Below, one piece after another: positions 1-8,875 of a stretch of DNA of 58,815 nucleotides. The position numbers were made by a program, and so were the translations under genes. The stretch spans positions 1-58,815 of the forward strand of contig OMQO01000001.1 in assembly GCA_900313275.1 (NCBI GenBank), given 5' to 3'. The notes beneath the pieces were generated by a model that was given only the letters and a program-made list of their open reading frames with translations, searched no databases and had not been told where the DNA came from. Position 1 is the first letter of the stretch. Every line of letters begins with the position of its first letter. The DNA comes from an uncultured Bacteroidales bacterium (GTDB taxonomy: Bacteria; Bacteroidota; Bacteroidia; Bacteroidales; UBA932).

Positions 1-976
1 CTGTTCCAGGCACATCGACAAGAGTGGTCTCGTCCTTCAGGAAGGCGGCTCTTTCCGCCGGATCGGTCAGATTGTAAACCTCCATCTCAAGGCAAGGGAA
101 CGAAGCACCCGCTCTTGTAGAGACCGTCCGACGCATCTCCTCGATCATTGGCGGCAGAAAGAATTCCGAGGCTCCCGCGAGTCCTCCTCCGATCGAGACA
201 ATGCCATCGACAATGTCTAAGGCATGGACGATGGCGTGGGCGGCGCAGCGCCCCAGAGAGGCAAAACTCTCTTTTGCCGAGGGAATATCCCCAGGCTTCA
301 GTCCTTTGGCTATCTCAAACACATCTTTCGGGGTCAGTACACGGTCTTCGCCAGACAATAGCTTATAGGAACGAGTGACCGCTCGTATGCTAACACCTTC
401 TTCCACAATTAGTTCCGGCTCAGAAGGGTGGCGCATCAGCCAAACGTCTCCACCACATCCGTTGTCACCTGTCAAAAGACGGCCATCCGTTACGACTCCA
501 GCTCCAAAACCCGTCCCCAGTGTGATCCCAAGCAGGTTTTTGTAACGCTTTTTCGATCCGGCCTTCTCAAGAGCGGCATTGATTTCGGGCAAAGTTCCGC
601 ACAGGGCTTCTCCGAAAGCGAAAAGGTTGCCATCGTTATTGATGAATACGGGGATTCCGAATTTCGCTTCCAGATAAGGTCCCATAGCGACTCCGCCTCT
701 AAATCCTGGGAAATTAGGCAGGTCACCGATGATTCCATGAGTGTAGTCAGCTGGCCCGGGGAAGGCGAAACTTATAGCTGAAGGCTCCAATGGAGATTCT
801 TCCTTAACTCTTTGGAATCCCTCCGCAATCCTTTCCAGGCAAGCCAGGCTGTTATCCGGAACCGATGGAATGGTGACGGGGCGGACCACCTCCACCCCTT
901 TGGAGATCGCTGAGAAGACAAAGTTAGTTCCCCCAGCGTCAAGGGTCATAATGACCCGGTCATCAAGTTCGTACAT
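1..976 (-). CDS. ROK family sugar kinase (3' end runs off the window)
   Basis: Absent from the ORF track because there is no stop in the window. Manual translation from ATG at 976 gives MYELDDRVIMTLDAGGTNF...FAFPGPADY...VFINNDGNLFAFGEA...GITLGTGFGAG, open to position 1. Overlaps the PMI stop codon. Confidence 0.9.
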   Translation of the reverse strand, partial: MYELDDRVIMTLDAGGTNFVFSAISKGVEVVRPVTIPSVPDNSLACLERIAEGFQRVKEESPLEPSAISFAFPGPADYTHGIIGDLPNFPGFRGGVAMGPYLEAKFGIPVFINNDGNLFAFGEALCGTLPEINAALEKAGSKKRYKNLLGITLGTGFGAGVVTDGRLLTGDNGCGGDVWLMRHPSEPELIVEEGVSIRAVTRSYKLLSGEDRVLTPKDVFEIAKGLKPGDIPSAKESFASLGRCAAHAIVHALDIVDGIVSIGGGLAGASEFFLPPMIEEMRRTVSTRAGASFPCLEMEVYNLTDPAERAAFLKDETTLVDVPGT

Positions 977-2675
977 AAGCTTTGATTGTCATGCAGGCCT
1001 TCCCTTCAGAAGGTCCGTGCGGGGTTATCACATATTCTCCTAACCATGCCGGGATGATGAAGGTCTCGGCATAATGGACGACAAACGGCTCGAAACGGCC
1101 TTCAGGGCTGGTCACGATGGCTTCTTCTCCTTCCACGAGGTTCAGAACATTGACTCCGCCTCCAGTGTTATGGGTGACAGGGACCGAGAACCGGGTTCTC
1201 CGTGTCTCGATAAACTCGTTCGGGTGCAGCCCTGTGCGTATCTCATCCCAGCCTTTGCCGCTTGCTATCGGTTCGAAATGGTTCCATAGCCTGGCCTTGA
1301 CATATTCAGTGTCCCGCTCCCACTGGATGACCTTTGATCCTCTCTCGACATTGATTGGGCGAGGTTTCCCGTCCAGACCGAGCCTTCCCCAATCCCAGAG
1401 CTTGAAAGTGAATATGTTAGGCGTGGCGCTTATCTCAAGGACCATGCTGCCGGCTCCTGAGCAGTGGACCGTTCCGGCCGGAATAAGGAAGTGATCGTGC
1501 TTTTTCGCCGGGAGTTTGTTGGCATATTTCTCAGCGTTGAAGACCAGCTCACCCCTCTGGGCGGCCCGGAGGTCGTTTATCATAGCCTCGGGGTCAATTC
1601 CGGTCTTTAGCCCGAGGAACACCACCGCATCATCAACAGCATCCAGCATGTAGTAGCTCTCATCCTGGGTGTAAGGAATCCCGAAACTCTCCCTTATAAA
1701 CTGGGTTGTCGGGTGGACCTGAAGGCTAAGGTTGCCACCGCCGATGGTGTCAAGGAAGTCGAACCTGATGGGGAAATCCTTTCCAAAACGGCTCTCGACA
1801 ACCTCCCCGAGGAGTTTCCTGCTCCTAAGCAGCACAAGATCCTGTGACGGAAGCTCAAACAGTTCGCCTTGGATGTTGAACAACAGGCTGTTCTCTTCCG
1901 GAACGCAGTCGAAACACCATCCGTAATTTGGCTTTGAAGGGTCGAGATCGCATACTTCTTTCATCCATTGGCCTCCCCAAGGGGCCGGATCAAAGAAAGG
2001 AACCACTCTGAATGGAGAACCGACGGTTCTGTCGATTCCTTGGAAGAAGGCTTCCTTGCTGATCATCTTGGGCCTTGAAGGGTCATTGGTGTCGAGCCAG
2101 AAGTCAATCTTTTTGAAAAGACCGTCCTTGTAAATGTCGCACACATGCCAGTCGATGAAAAGGCCCCGTTTGTATTGGATGCTGACAGGATCTTGGCTGT
2201 TATCAACTCCAAGGCCCTTGGCTGTGTGGCGCCGCATCCTCATCTGTATTTCCCAGCGGGCCATGTCGGCATAGACCAGCAGGGCTCCTTCAGGAGCGGC
2301 GAGCGAGGCTCCAGGGCCTACCACAACCGTAAAATCCTTGGCGGCTTTGGCTGCGGCAATCTTGTCCTGGTCAAAGAAATCATTGATTCTGAGAGAGGTA
2401 AGGAACCCAAACAACACGTCGTCTGTCATGAAGGGATCCGTCATCCGGCGGATCTCATCCTCGCCCTTCATCAGAGACCTTGTCATCAGGACCTTTCCGA
2501 AAGCTTTTCCGAACACGGAAGCTATCTCTTCCTCATCCGCTCCGGGATAGGTGTCCACGGCGATAGGCTTTCCTCCAGAAACAGCGGTGATAGCGGATAT
2601 TATCTGATCCCAGCCGACACAAATCTGAGCATCGACCTTGGTAGCGGGAAACTTGTCGTAATTAGGCTTTCTCAT
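963..2675 (-). CDS. Class I mannose-6-phosphate isomerase-like protein (long Bacteroidetes form)
   Basis: Cupin PMI motifs LSLQVHP, QDESYY, IPAGTVH and LEIS. Lies between GH92 and ROK. Confidence 0.85.
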   Translation of the reverse strand: MRKPNYDKFPATKVDAQICVGWDQIISAITAVSGGKPIAVDTYPGADEEEIASVFGKAFGKVLMTRSLMKGEDEIRRMTDPFMTDDVLFGFLTSLRINDFFDQDKIAAAKAAKDFTVVVGPGASLAAPEGALLVYADMARWEIQMRMRRHTAKGLGVDNSQDPVSIQYKRGLFIDWHVCDIYKDGLFKKIDFWLDTNDPSRPKMISKEAFFQGIDRTVGSPFRVVPFFDPAPWGGQWMKEVCDLDPSKPNYGWCFDCVPEENSLLFNIQGELFELPSQDLVLLRSRKLLGEVVESRFGKDFPIRFDFLDTIGGGNLSLQVHPTTQFIRESFGIPYTQDESYYMLDAVDDAVVFLGLKTGIDPEAMINDLRAAQRGELVFNAEKYANKLPAKKHDHFLIPAGTVHCSGAGSMVLEISATPNIFTFKLWDWGRLGLDGKPRPINVERGSKVIQWERDTEYVKARLWNHFEPIASGKGWDEIRTGLHPNEFIETRRTRFSVPVTHNTGGGVNVLNLVEGEEAIVTSPEGRFEPFVVHYAETFIIPAWLGEYVITPHGPSEGKACMTIKAYVRT

Positions 2676-2679
2676 AGTC

Positions 2680-5397
2680 TTAATACTTCAAAGCCCCCCA
2701 AGAGGTGGCTGGTTTCGGACCAAGTGTCAGATCAAGGGTTCCTCCCTTGGCGAAATCTTCGTGACTGAATTGTGACCAACGCCAGCCGCGTCCGTTGAGG
2801 CGAGCTGACTGGATGTAGCAATTCGGGTTGCCTTTCACATTGATAGTGAATTGTTTCCCAGGATAGTAGTCTTGGTTCAGATGGATTGTCACTTTGTCGA
2901 AAACGGGCGAGGTGATGTCGTAGCAAGGTACGTCGGTCTCGGTGCCGGTGACGCTGAAAAGACCGATTGACATCAGCGCGCTGATGCCTCCCATCTGGCC
3001 TTGATCCTCATCGTGTCCACCATACCCGAGGTCGGGAGTAGTGCCTCCGTAAGCCTGCTCAACCACCCTTCGGACCCAGTATTGGGTCAACCAAGGTTTG
3101 CCACCGTGGGAGAAAACATGAGCGTTTGAGCAACCTGGCTGGTTGGCGTAGCTGACATAGCCTCCGCTGTAGGCATAGACAAAATCAAGATCTTTGGCCT
3201 GCTCGAAGGCATAGTTCAACTTGTCGCAGAACTTGTCTTTACCTCCCATCAGCCGGACAAGTTCAGGGATGTCATGCGAGACCTCCCAAGTTGCCTGCCA
3301 GGCGTTCGCCTCGACCCATCCCTGGCCTTTCAAGGGGTCTTTATGCGTCCAATTCCCGTCTTTGTCTTTCGGGAATATAAGGCCTTGCTCCGGATCGAAC
3401 AGAACGGTCCAGCCGTGGGAACGCCTCTCGAATTCTTTCGCATCCTCAGCATGGCCGAGTTTGGCCGCCATGCGGCTTAATCCCCAGTCCTGAAACGCCC
3501 ATTCAAGGGTTTTACCGGCGCTTTCGGGACACCAGCCGTTTTTGATGTAGAACTCAAGGTCGGAAGGATTCTCGTAACTCATCATACCTCCCGGCAGGTG
3601 GTTCCGTTTGACTGCCTGGAAAGCGGTTTCGGAGTCAACCTTGCGCAGGATGCCTTTAAGGAAGGTGCTGGTTATCATATTACTAGCCGGGCAGCCGGTC
3701 ATAATGAACGAATATCCGCCGGCGCAGGCCCCTCTCGGAAGAAGGTTTCCGTTTTCGGCGTACCTCACGAGGCAGGCGGAGAAATCGTCCAGAATCTCAG
3801 GCCAGGCCAGGCCCCAAAGAGTGTTGAGATTCCATTGGCTTAACCAGAGGGAGTCAAAGCCGTACATGTTGTGGACCGGTTTTCCGGCCTTGTCCAAAGG
3901 CAACTGAAGCACCCTCATCGGGGCGTCGGTACGGTGGTCGGTATATTCCCCGTAGGTGTAGTCGGGATAGTACCCATTCACATCATTGATCTTATGACGG
4001 CCAAGGAGAACATGCCAAAGGTCGGTGTAGAACTTGATGTTTCTCTCGTGGGTGCCGCCGCTGACCTCGATTCTTCCGAGAGCCTCGTTCCAGACTGCCT
4101 CGCTATCCTTGACGACACCATCGAAATCCCAGCCAGGGGCCTCCGCGGCAAGGTTTTCCCGGGCATTCTCAACACTGGTGTAAGACATCGCTATCTTCAC
4201 ATTTACAGTCTCTTTCCCGAACTTGAGCGCTATTCCCGCACCGTCTCCCATAACTATCCACGGGTCGGGCTCAAGGCCTTTGCGGGTCCATCCTCTCGCG
4301 GAGATTATCGGGGTGTCGGTCTTCAAGACGAAATACAGTCCGATCCTGTTCGGGCCGCCCCAGAACCTGTCCGTGGTCATGAACATTCCTTCGACCGTGT
4401 GCTCATCGACTTTTGTGAGAACAGCCTCCTTCATCGTGCAGTTGCCCAGCACACTCCCGGCGTCCACGAGCAGTCCGGGACGGCTGCCTGGCGCATAAGA
4501 GAGTCTGTAAAGGGCGACACGGTCAGTCGAGGTGTATTCAACCCAGGCTTTGTACCTGTCCAGGAATAACTTATGGTAGCCAGGCCTGATAGTCTCGCTC
4601 TCGTGATGGAAGCCGGACTTCCAGCCATCCATTCCAAGGAGGGGATTGACATCTCCTTCCACTGGCATGATGTTAGGTCCCGAGATCATCCAGTCGTTGA
4701 TTTGTGAGAATCCGAGGATGAAGGGGAAATTGTAGTTGTAACCGCCTCCACCTTGGTTTTTGACCCTGTTGAAAGCGTGGGCCGCGACCATTCCCATCGG
4801 CCTGCCGCCGGGTGTGCAGAAGAACCATCTACCGCGGGTGGTCTCGATGTAGGGGTCTGCCCAGCCTACGAAATCTCCCTTTTCCGGCTCATGGGCGAAT
4901 ACCTCTATCTCGCTGAGTCCGATGTTCTTACCATCGCCATCTGTGGCCTCGAAACGGACCCACTTGACAGTCTTGGGGTCGAAAAGGAGTTCCTTCGGAC
5001 TGCCATCATTCGGGATGCCTGTCACGCTCAGATGGCTTCCGTCGCTGAACAGAAGAGTCCCTCCGGAGAGATGCTCATTCTCGGATGGACGGTCGTAAAT
5101 GACGATCCTGCTGACAGTCACGTCATTGTCCCAGTCAAGTCTGACCCACGGGAGAAACATCTCTCCCCAGCTAGTCACATGGCCTTTGCAAGCCCATTCC
5201 CCGGCGTTTTCCCACCCGATGACGCCATCAGTGACATTGGTGGCTTCATAGGCTTCCGATAGGCAATCGGAGGAGGTAACCTTCGCGGCGGGGGCTATAT
5301 TCCTCATGGTAGCGCCTGAGGACGAGACGATGGCCATCAATAAGAAAGCCACCATGGAGGCTTTCTTGAAAATGTTAAAGTTCGTTGTATATAACAT
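2680..5397 (-). CDS. GH92 alpha-mannosidase with N-terminal discoidin/F5-8-like domain
   Basis: Motifs WVEANAWQATW, YANQP, DEDQGQMG, YIQSARLNG and GGTLDLTLG. Signal-peptide-like N-terminus. Start moved from 5445 to the ATG at 5397. Confidence 0.9.
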   Translation of the reverse strand: MLYTTNFNIFKKASMVAFLLMAIVSSSGATMRNIAPAAKVTSSDCLSEAYEATNVTDGVIGWENAGEWACKGHVTSWGEMFLPWVRLDWDNDVTVSRIVIYDRPSENEHLSGGTLLFSDGSHLSVTGIPNDGSPKELLFDPKTVKWVRFEATDGDGKNIGLSEIEVFAHEPEKGDFVGWADPYIETTRGRWFFCTPGGRPMGMVAAHAFNRVKNQGGGGYNYNFPFILGFSQINDWMISGPNIMPVEGDVNPLLGMDGWKSGFHHESETIRPGYHKLFLDRYKAWVEYTSTDRVALYRLSYAPGSRPGLLVDAGSVLGNCTMKEAVLTKVDEHTVEGMFMTTDRFWGGPNRIGLYFVLKTDTPIISARGWTRKGLEPDPWIVMGDGAGIALKFGKETVNVKIAMSYTSVENARENLAAEAPGWDFDGVVKDSEAVWNEALGRIEVSGGTHERNIKFYTDLWHVLLGRHKINDVNGYYPDYTYGEYTDHRTDAPMRVLQLPLDKAGKPVHNMYGFDSLWLSQWNLNTLWGLAWPEILDDFSACLVRYAENGNLLPRGACAGGYSFIMTGCPASNMITSTFLKGILRKVDSETAFQAVKRNHLPGGMMSYENPSDLEFYIKNGWCPESAGKTLEWAFQDWGLSRMAAKLGHAEDAKEFERRSHGWTVLFDPEQGLIFPKDKDGNWTHKDPLKGQGWVEANAWQATWEVSHDIPELVRLMGGKDKFCDKLNYAFEQAKDLDFVYAYSGGYVSYANQPGCSNAHVFSHGGKPWLTQYWVRRVVEQAYGGTTPDLGYGGHDEDQGQMGGISALMSIGLFSVTGTETDVPCYDITSPVFDKVTIHLNQDYYPGKQFTINVKGNPNCYIQSARLNGRGWRWSQFSHEDFAKGGTLDLTLGPKPATSWGALKY

Positions 5398-5404
5398 ATT
5401 GAGA

Positions 5405-5827
5405 TTAAATAGTTTCCAATAAATCTTCCATTGACCCAACCACACGGCCGAAAATCTTATACATAAGCTCAGGCTCCTGTTTTTCGGGAATATAGACTAT
5501 TGTCTTGAGACCTTTCCCGGCGAACCATCCTGCTTCTGTGTGGGCGGAGCGGCCGCAAGGCAGGACCAGCACGCATGTGTCTGCCCATAGCATGGCGTCG
5601 AAATCGGCCTTGAAGCCTTTCTCGGCGATAGGGTGTGTGAGATTCCCGATATATTCCTCGACACTCCACTCCTGCCAGTTTTCGGCGATGTCAGCCCAGT
5701 GAAAACCCCCTGGATTGTCTTCGGGATTCCTGAAATCATAAACTTCATGACCGGCTTCCCTCAGCCTTGTCACGACTTCCGGTTGATATGGATTGCGCCA
5801 GCTTGACGCCACATATATTTTTGCCAT
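5405..5827 (-). CDS. Nucleoside 2-deoxyribosyltransferase-like (NDT fold) protein
   Basis: KIYVASSW...GHEVYDF...ADTCVLVLPCGRSAHTEAGW follows the NDT pattern with the conserved Glu. Confidence 0.65.
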   Translation of the reverse strand: MAKIYVASSWRNPYQPEVVTRLREAGHEVYDFRNPEDNPGGFHWADIAENWQEWSVEEYIGNLTHPIAEKGFKADFDAMLWADTCVLVLPCGRSAHTEAGWFAGKGLKTIVYIPEKQEPELMYKIFGRVVGSMEDLLETI

Positions 5828-5851
5828 GGCGCTAATATAATGTAAATCCTC

Positions 5852-7096
5852 TTAAATCAAGCCCTTTTCCTTTGCTTTTGAGATCAATTCGGCGGTGTTG
5901 ACAGCATCAAATTTCTCGAGAAGCCTCTTTCGGTACCATTTTATTGTGGCGATTGACAGGAAGATTTTATCGGCCATTTGCGGACTGGTCATGCCAGAGG
6001 CTATAAGGCGCAGGATTTCCGTCTCCCTTTCAGTCAAGGATGGTTTGTCAGGACCCTTGTCCGCAGTACTATCGTCGTTGTCCTTTTCCGCCAGGGTCTC
6101 GTCAATCACCTCGTCAGCGGCATCTCTTTGGCGGCGGAATATGAAAGCCCTTCGGCTGACAACTAGAAGCACAAGAGTCATAAGGGCCAGTAATACTGCC
6201 CCTAAAGTTATGACTATCAATTGTTTCTTCTGCTGGGAAAGAACTTTGCCCATAAGATCCAGTGTCTCGATCCTGGCCCGAAACTCCTGATCATCGTGGA
6301 GGGAATAATAGTTGTCGGCCTCCTTCAGGTACCTGAAAGCTTTGCGTGTTTTGCCACGGTCCAGCCACAGGTTACCCAATCCTTTCATGGCGGCCGAGAT
6401 CTGGAGCGAGTCACCGGAAGCCAAGGCATATTTCAGGGACGTGTCGTAGCATTCCTTCGCCTGGTCAAAGTCTTTTTCTTCCCTCCAAGTCTCGCCCATA
6501 TTGTAGTACAGGATGGCATTGCTCTCATTCCAGCCATGCTTTTCGAAAATCTCGCCTGCCTTGCGGTAGTATTCCATTGCCTTAGGGATAGAATCCATCA
6601 TGTTCAGACAGTTTCCGATGGCACCGTATAGGCTTGAATATGAATCATCTACGGTCTCCTGGCTATAACCTTGCGAGTTGACTGAGTCAGCCGCGATTTC
6701 AGCGATCCGGTCCACGTCCTTGAGAGCCAGATTGAAATAGAACATGGCGCTGTCGTACTGCTCCGAACCCCAGTAATGTTTTCCTATGGTCTTCTCCGCA
6801 TCTGACTTTTTCACCAGCCATCCCATTCTCGAGGCAAGGGCTATCTGCTTGCGGGCGAACAAGATGCTTCGCTCACGGTTGATCTGCAGATACCCGTTCA
6901 TCAGGTTGTCATAGGCGCCGATCAGATCCTTGAGTTCTTCTTCGGTCGCTTTCTCTATTATGTCCGGGGTGTATTTGACAACGACGTTCTCAAGCGAGTC
7001 GAGGTTCTTCCGCCTGTGGTCGGAATACTCAGCGTGTATGGTGGCCGTCCCGCAAGCGAGAAAGAGGACGGTTGCCAGGATCAGACGTGTTCTCAT
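5852..7096 (-). CDS. Membrane-anchored TPR sensor / LuxR-HTH transcriptional regulator
   Basis: Signal peptide, TPR-like repeats, one TM helix (LIVITLGAVLLALMTLVLLVV) and a C-terminal LuxR HTH (LTERETEILRLIASG...TIKWYRKRLLEKF). Confidence 0.85.
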   Translation of the reverse strand: MRTRLILATVLFLACGTATIHAEYSDHRRKNLDSLENVVVKYTPDIIEKATEEELKDLIGAYDNLMNGYLQINRERSILFARKQIALASRMGWLVKKSDAEKTIGKHYWGSEQYDSAMFYFNLALKDVDRIAEIAADSVNSQGYSQETVDDSYSSLYGAIGNCLNMMDSIPKAMEYYRKAGEIFEKHGWNESNAILYYNMGETWREEKDFDQAKECYDTSLKYALASGDSLQISAAMKGLGNLWLDRGKTRKAFRYLKEADNYYSLHDDQEFRARIETLDLMGKVLSQQKKQLIVITLGAVLLALMTLVLLVVSRRAFIFRRQRDAADEVIDETLAEKDNDDSTADKGPDKPSLTERETEILRLIASGMTSPQMADKIFLSIATIKWYRKRLLEKFDAVNTAELISKAKEKGLI

Positions 7097-7168
7097 GTCC
7101 CCAATATAGTAAAAAACCACAAATTGAATGTCTTTATGACTTGTTTCTGGCGTTTCGGACGGGTAATT

Positions 7169-7184
7169 CTATCCTTTGGGATAG
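7169..7184. promoter_or_regulatory. Palindromic operator CTATCC-N4-GGATAG, candidate site for the TPR-LuxR regulator
   Basis: Perfect 6-bp dyad just upstream of TTTG (7187-7190) and GATATTTG (7207-7214), in front of the divergent lipoprotein gene. Confidence 0.5.
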
Positions 7185-7256
7185 TGTTTGGAAAAAAGGG
7201 ATTATCGATATTTGTAGATTGTAAATTGTAAATAGTATTTTTAGAAACTACTGATT

Positions 7257-7991
7257 ATGAGAAGATTATTTGTTTGTGTCATTTGCCTGGCCTGCACTCT
7301 GGCTTTTGTTTCATGCGGAGGTAAGGGCGGCAAGAAGGCCGGCAGCGCTGAGACGGGCGACGGCAAGGTCGACCTGGAAAAGGTGGCTGAAAAGATGATG
7401 AAGGAAGCCTTCGAGGGTGAGAAATATTCCAAGGAGGCTGCCGAGTTCTATTTCAAGAAGAATGAGGGAATCAAGCTTTCTGACTTGGCTCCTGAGTACA
7501 AGCTTAACGAGACCAGCAAGTACACCTACTACGGTGACGAACACGACGCTCTAGCCAACTTTAAGATCCAGGACGGCGACACCTACACCAAGGAGCAGCA
7601 CATTGAGAATGTGCGACGGATCTACGCTGTGACCAAGAAGGTCGCTGACAATGGAATCAATGTCTATGGCTTTGAGGACAAATCCGACAAGGATGAGGCC
7701 TATTCCGAGAAGGATCTTGAGAAGATGATCCAGGACAATAACGGAACCTCGATTCTCGGCGTTGAGATCTATGTCGGCAGCTATAGTTGGTCGTTCCTGA
7801 AGGATGGTGTCCTTCATCGCTGTGATGTGGACCTTTTGGAAAAGAATGACACCAAGCTTGGCTATTCCGTCAAGATGTACAAGGGTCTCCAGAAGAGCTT
7901 TGACGAGACCATGAAGGACGCAGAGGAGGCCTTGAGCGATCCCGAAGTGCAGAAGCAGGTCGAGAAAGCCCTCAAAGACGCCGCCAAGTAA
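7257..7991 (+). CDS. Hypothetical lipoprotein
   Basis: Lipobox AFVSC followed by a G/K-rich linker. Divergent from the TPR-LuxR gene. Confidence 0.8.
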   Translation: MRRLFVCVICLACTLAFVSCGGKGGKKAGSAETGDGKVDLEKVAEKMMKEAFEGEKYSKEAAEFYFKKNEGIKLSDLAPEYKLNETSKYTYYGDEHDALANFKIQDGDTYTKEQHIENVRRIYAVTKKVADNGINVYGFEDKSDKDEAYSEKDLEKMIQDNNGTSILGVEIYVGSYSWSFLKDGVLHRCDVDLLEKNDTKLGYSVKMYKGLQKSFDETMKDAEEALSDPEVQKQVEKALKDAAK

Positions 7992-8062
7992 TTCCAGCGG
8001 GTTAGGCTGGCAGGTGTGGGAATATCGGGAAGAATCACTATATTGGCGAAAAATCATCCGCC

Positions 8063-8875
8063 ATGTCGATCAAGTCAATGCCCGTCTGGAAGTGGTTCCT
8101 GCTTTTTCTGGCCTCTTTTATCATAGCTTTTTTCCTGTATGGACTCAGTGATGAGGCGGTACGTCTCATTCCTATAGGCTGGATCCGCTGGATTGGTTGC
8201 GTCGCTGCTGCCGCTTGGATCCCGGCGTTATATTCGGTCTTTGTCAAGTGGATCGAGAAAAGTCCCGCCAAGGATGTCCCTAGGCGGAAGTCGTTGATTG
8301 ACACTGCGAAAGGATTCGGAATAGGAACCCTTTTCTTCGTGTTGGTGGTTGGGATTATGATGATGATCGGTGTGTACTCGATTCTCAACATAGGCACAGA
8401 CAGGACTTTCCTTATAATCGACTCGTTTTTCCTTTTCCTGATTGTCGCTGTTGGTGAGGAACTCATGTTCCGAGGTGTCATATTCCGCTGGATTGACGAG
8501 AAATGGGGATTCGCGGCGGCGCTGATAGTCTCGTCTCTTTTCTTCGGTGCGGTCCATTACCCTCAAGGCACATGGTGGTCATCCGTTGCCATAGCCATTG
8601 AGGCCGGCCTTCTCCTGGGTGCGGCGTACAAATGGTCCGGGACCCTGTGGTTTCCTATCGGAATCCATTGGGCTTGGAACTTTTTCCAAGGGAATATCTT
8701 CGGTTTCGCCGTGTCAGGAGGTGGGGTTGACGCGAGCCTTATCCATGCGTCGATCAATGGCCCTGACATTTTGACCGGTGGTTTTTTCGGAGCCGAAGCC
8801 TCCATTATCGCCGTTGTTATAGGAGCGGCGATGTCGGCTTATTTCATCTACAAATCAGTCACTACTCCTTCTTGA
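8063..8875 (+). CDS. CPBP (Abi/CAAX-type) intramembrane glutamic endopeptidase
   Basis: EELMFRG, FFGAVH and IGIHWAWN motifs; multiple TM segments. Confidence 0.9.
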   Translation: MSIKSMPVWKWFLLFLASFIIAFFLYGLSDEAVRLIPIGWIRWIGCVAAAAWIPALYSVFVKWIEKSPAKDVPRRKSLIDTAKGFGIGTLFFVLVVGIMMMIGVYSILNIGTDRTFLIIDSFFLFLIVAVGEELMFRGVIFRWIDEKWGFAAALIVSSLFFGAVHYPQGTWWSSVAIAIEAGLLLGAAYKWSGTLWFPIGIHWAWNFFQGNIFGFAVSGGGVDASLIHASINGPDILTGGFFGAEASIIAVVIGAAMSAYFIYKSVTTPS

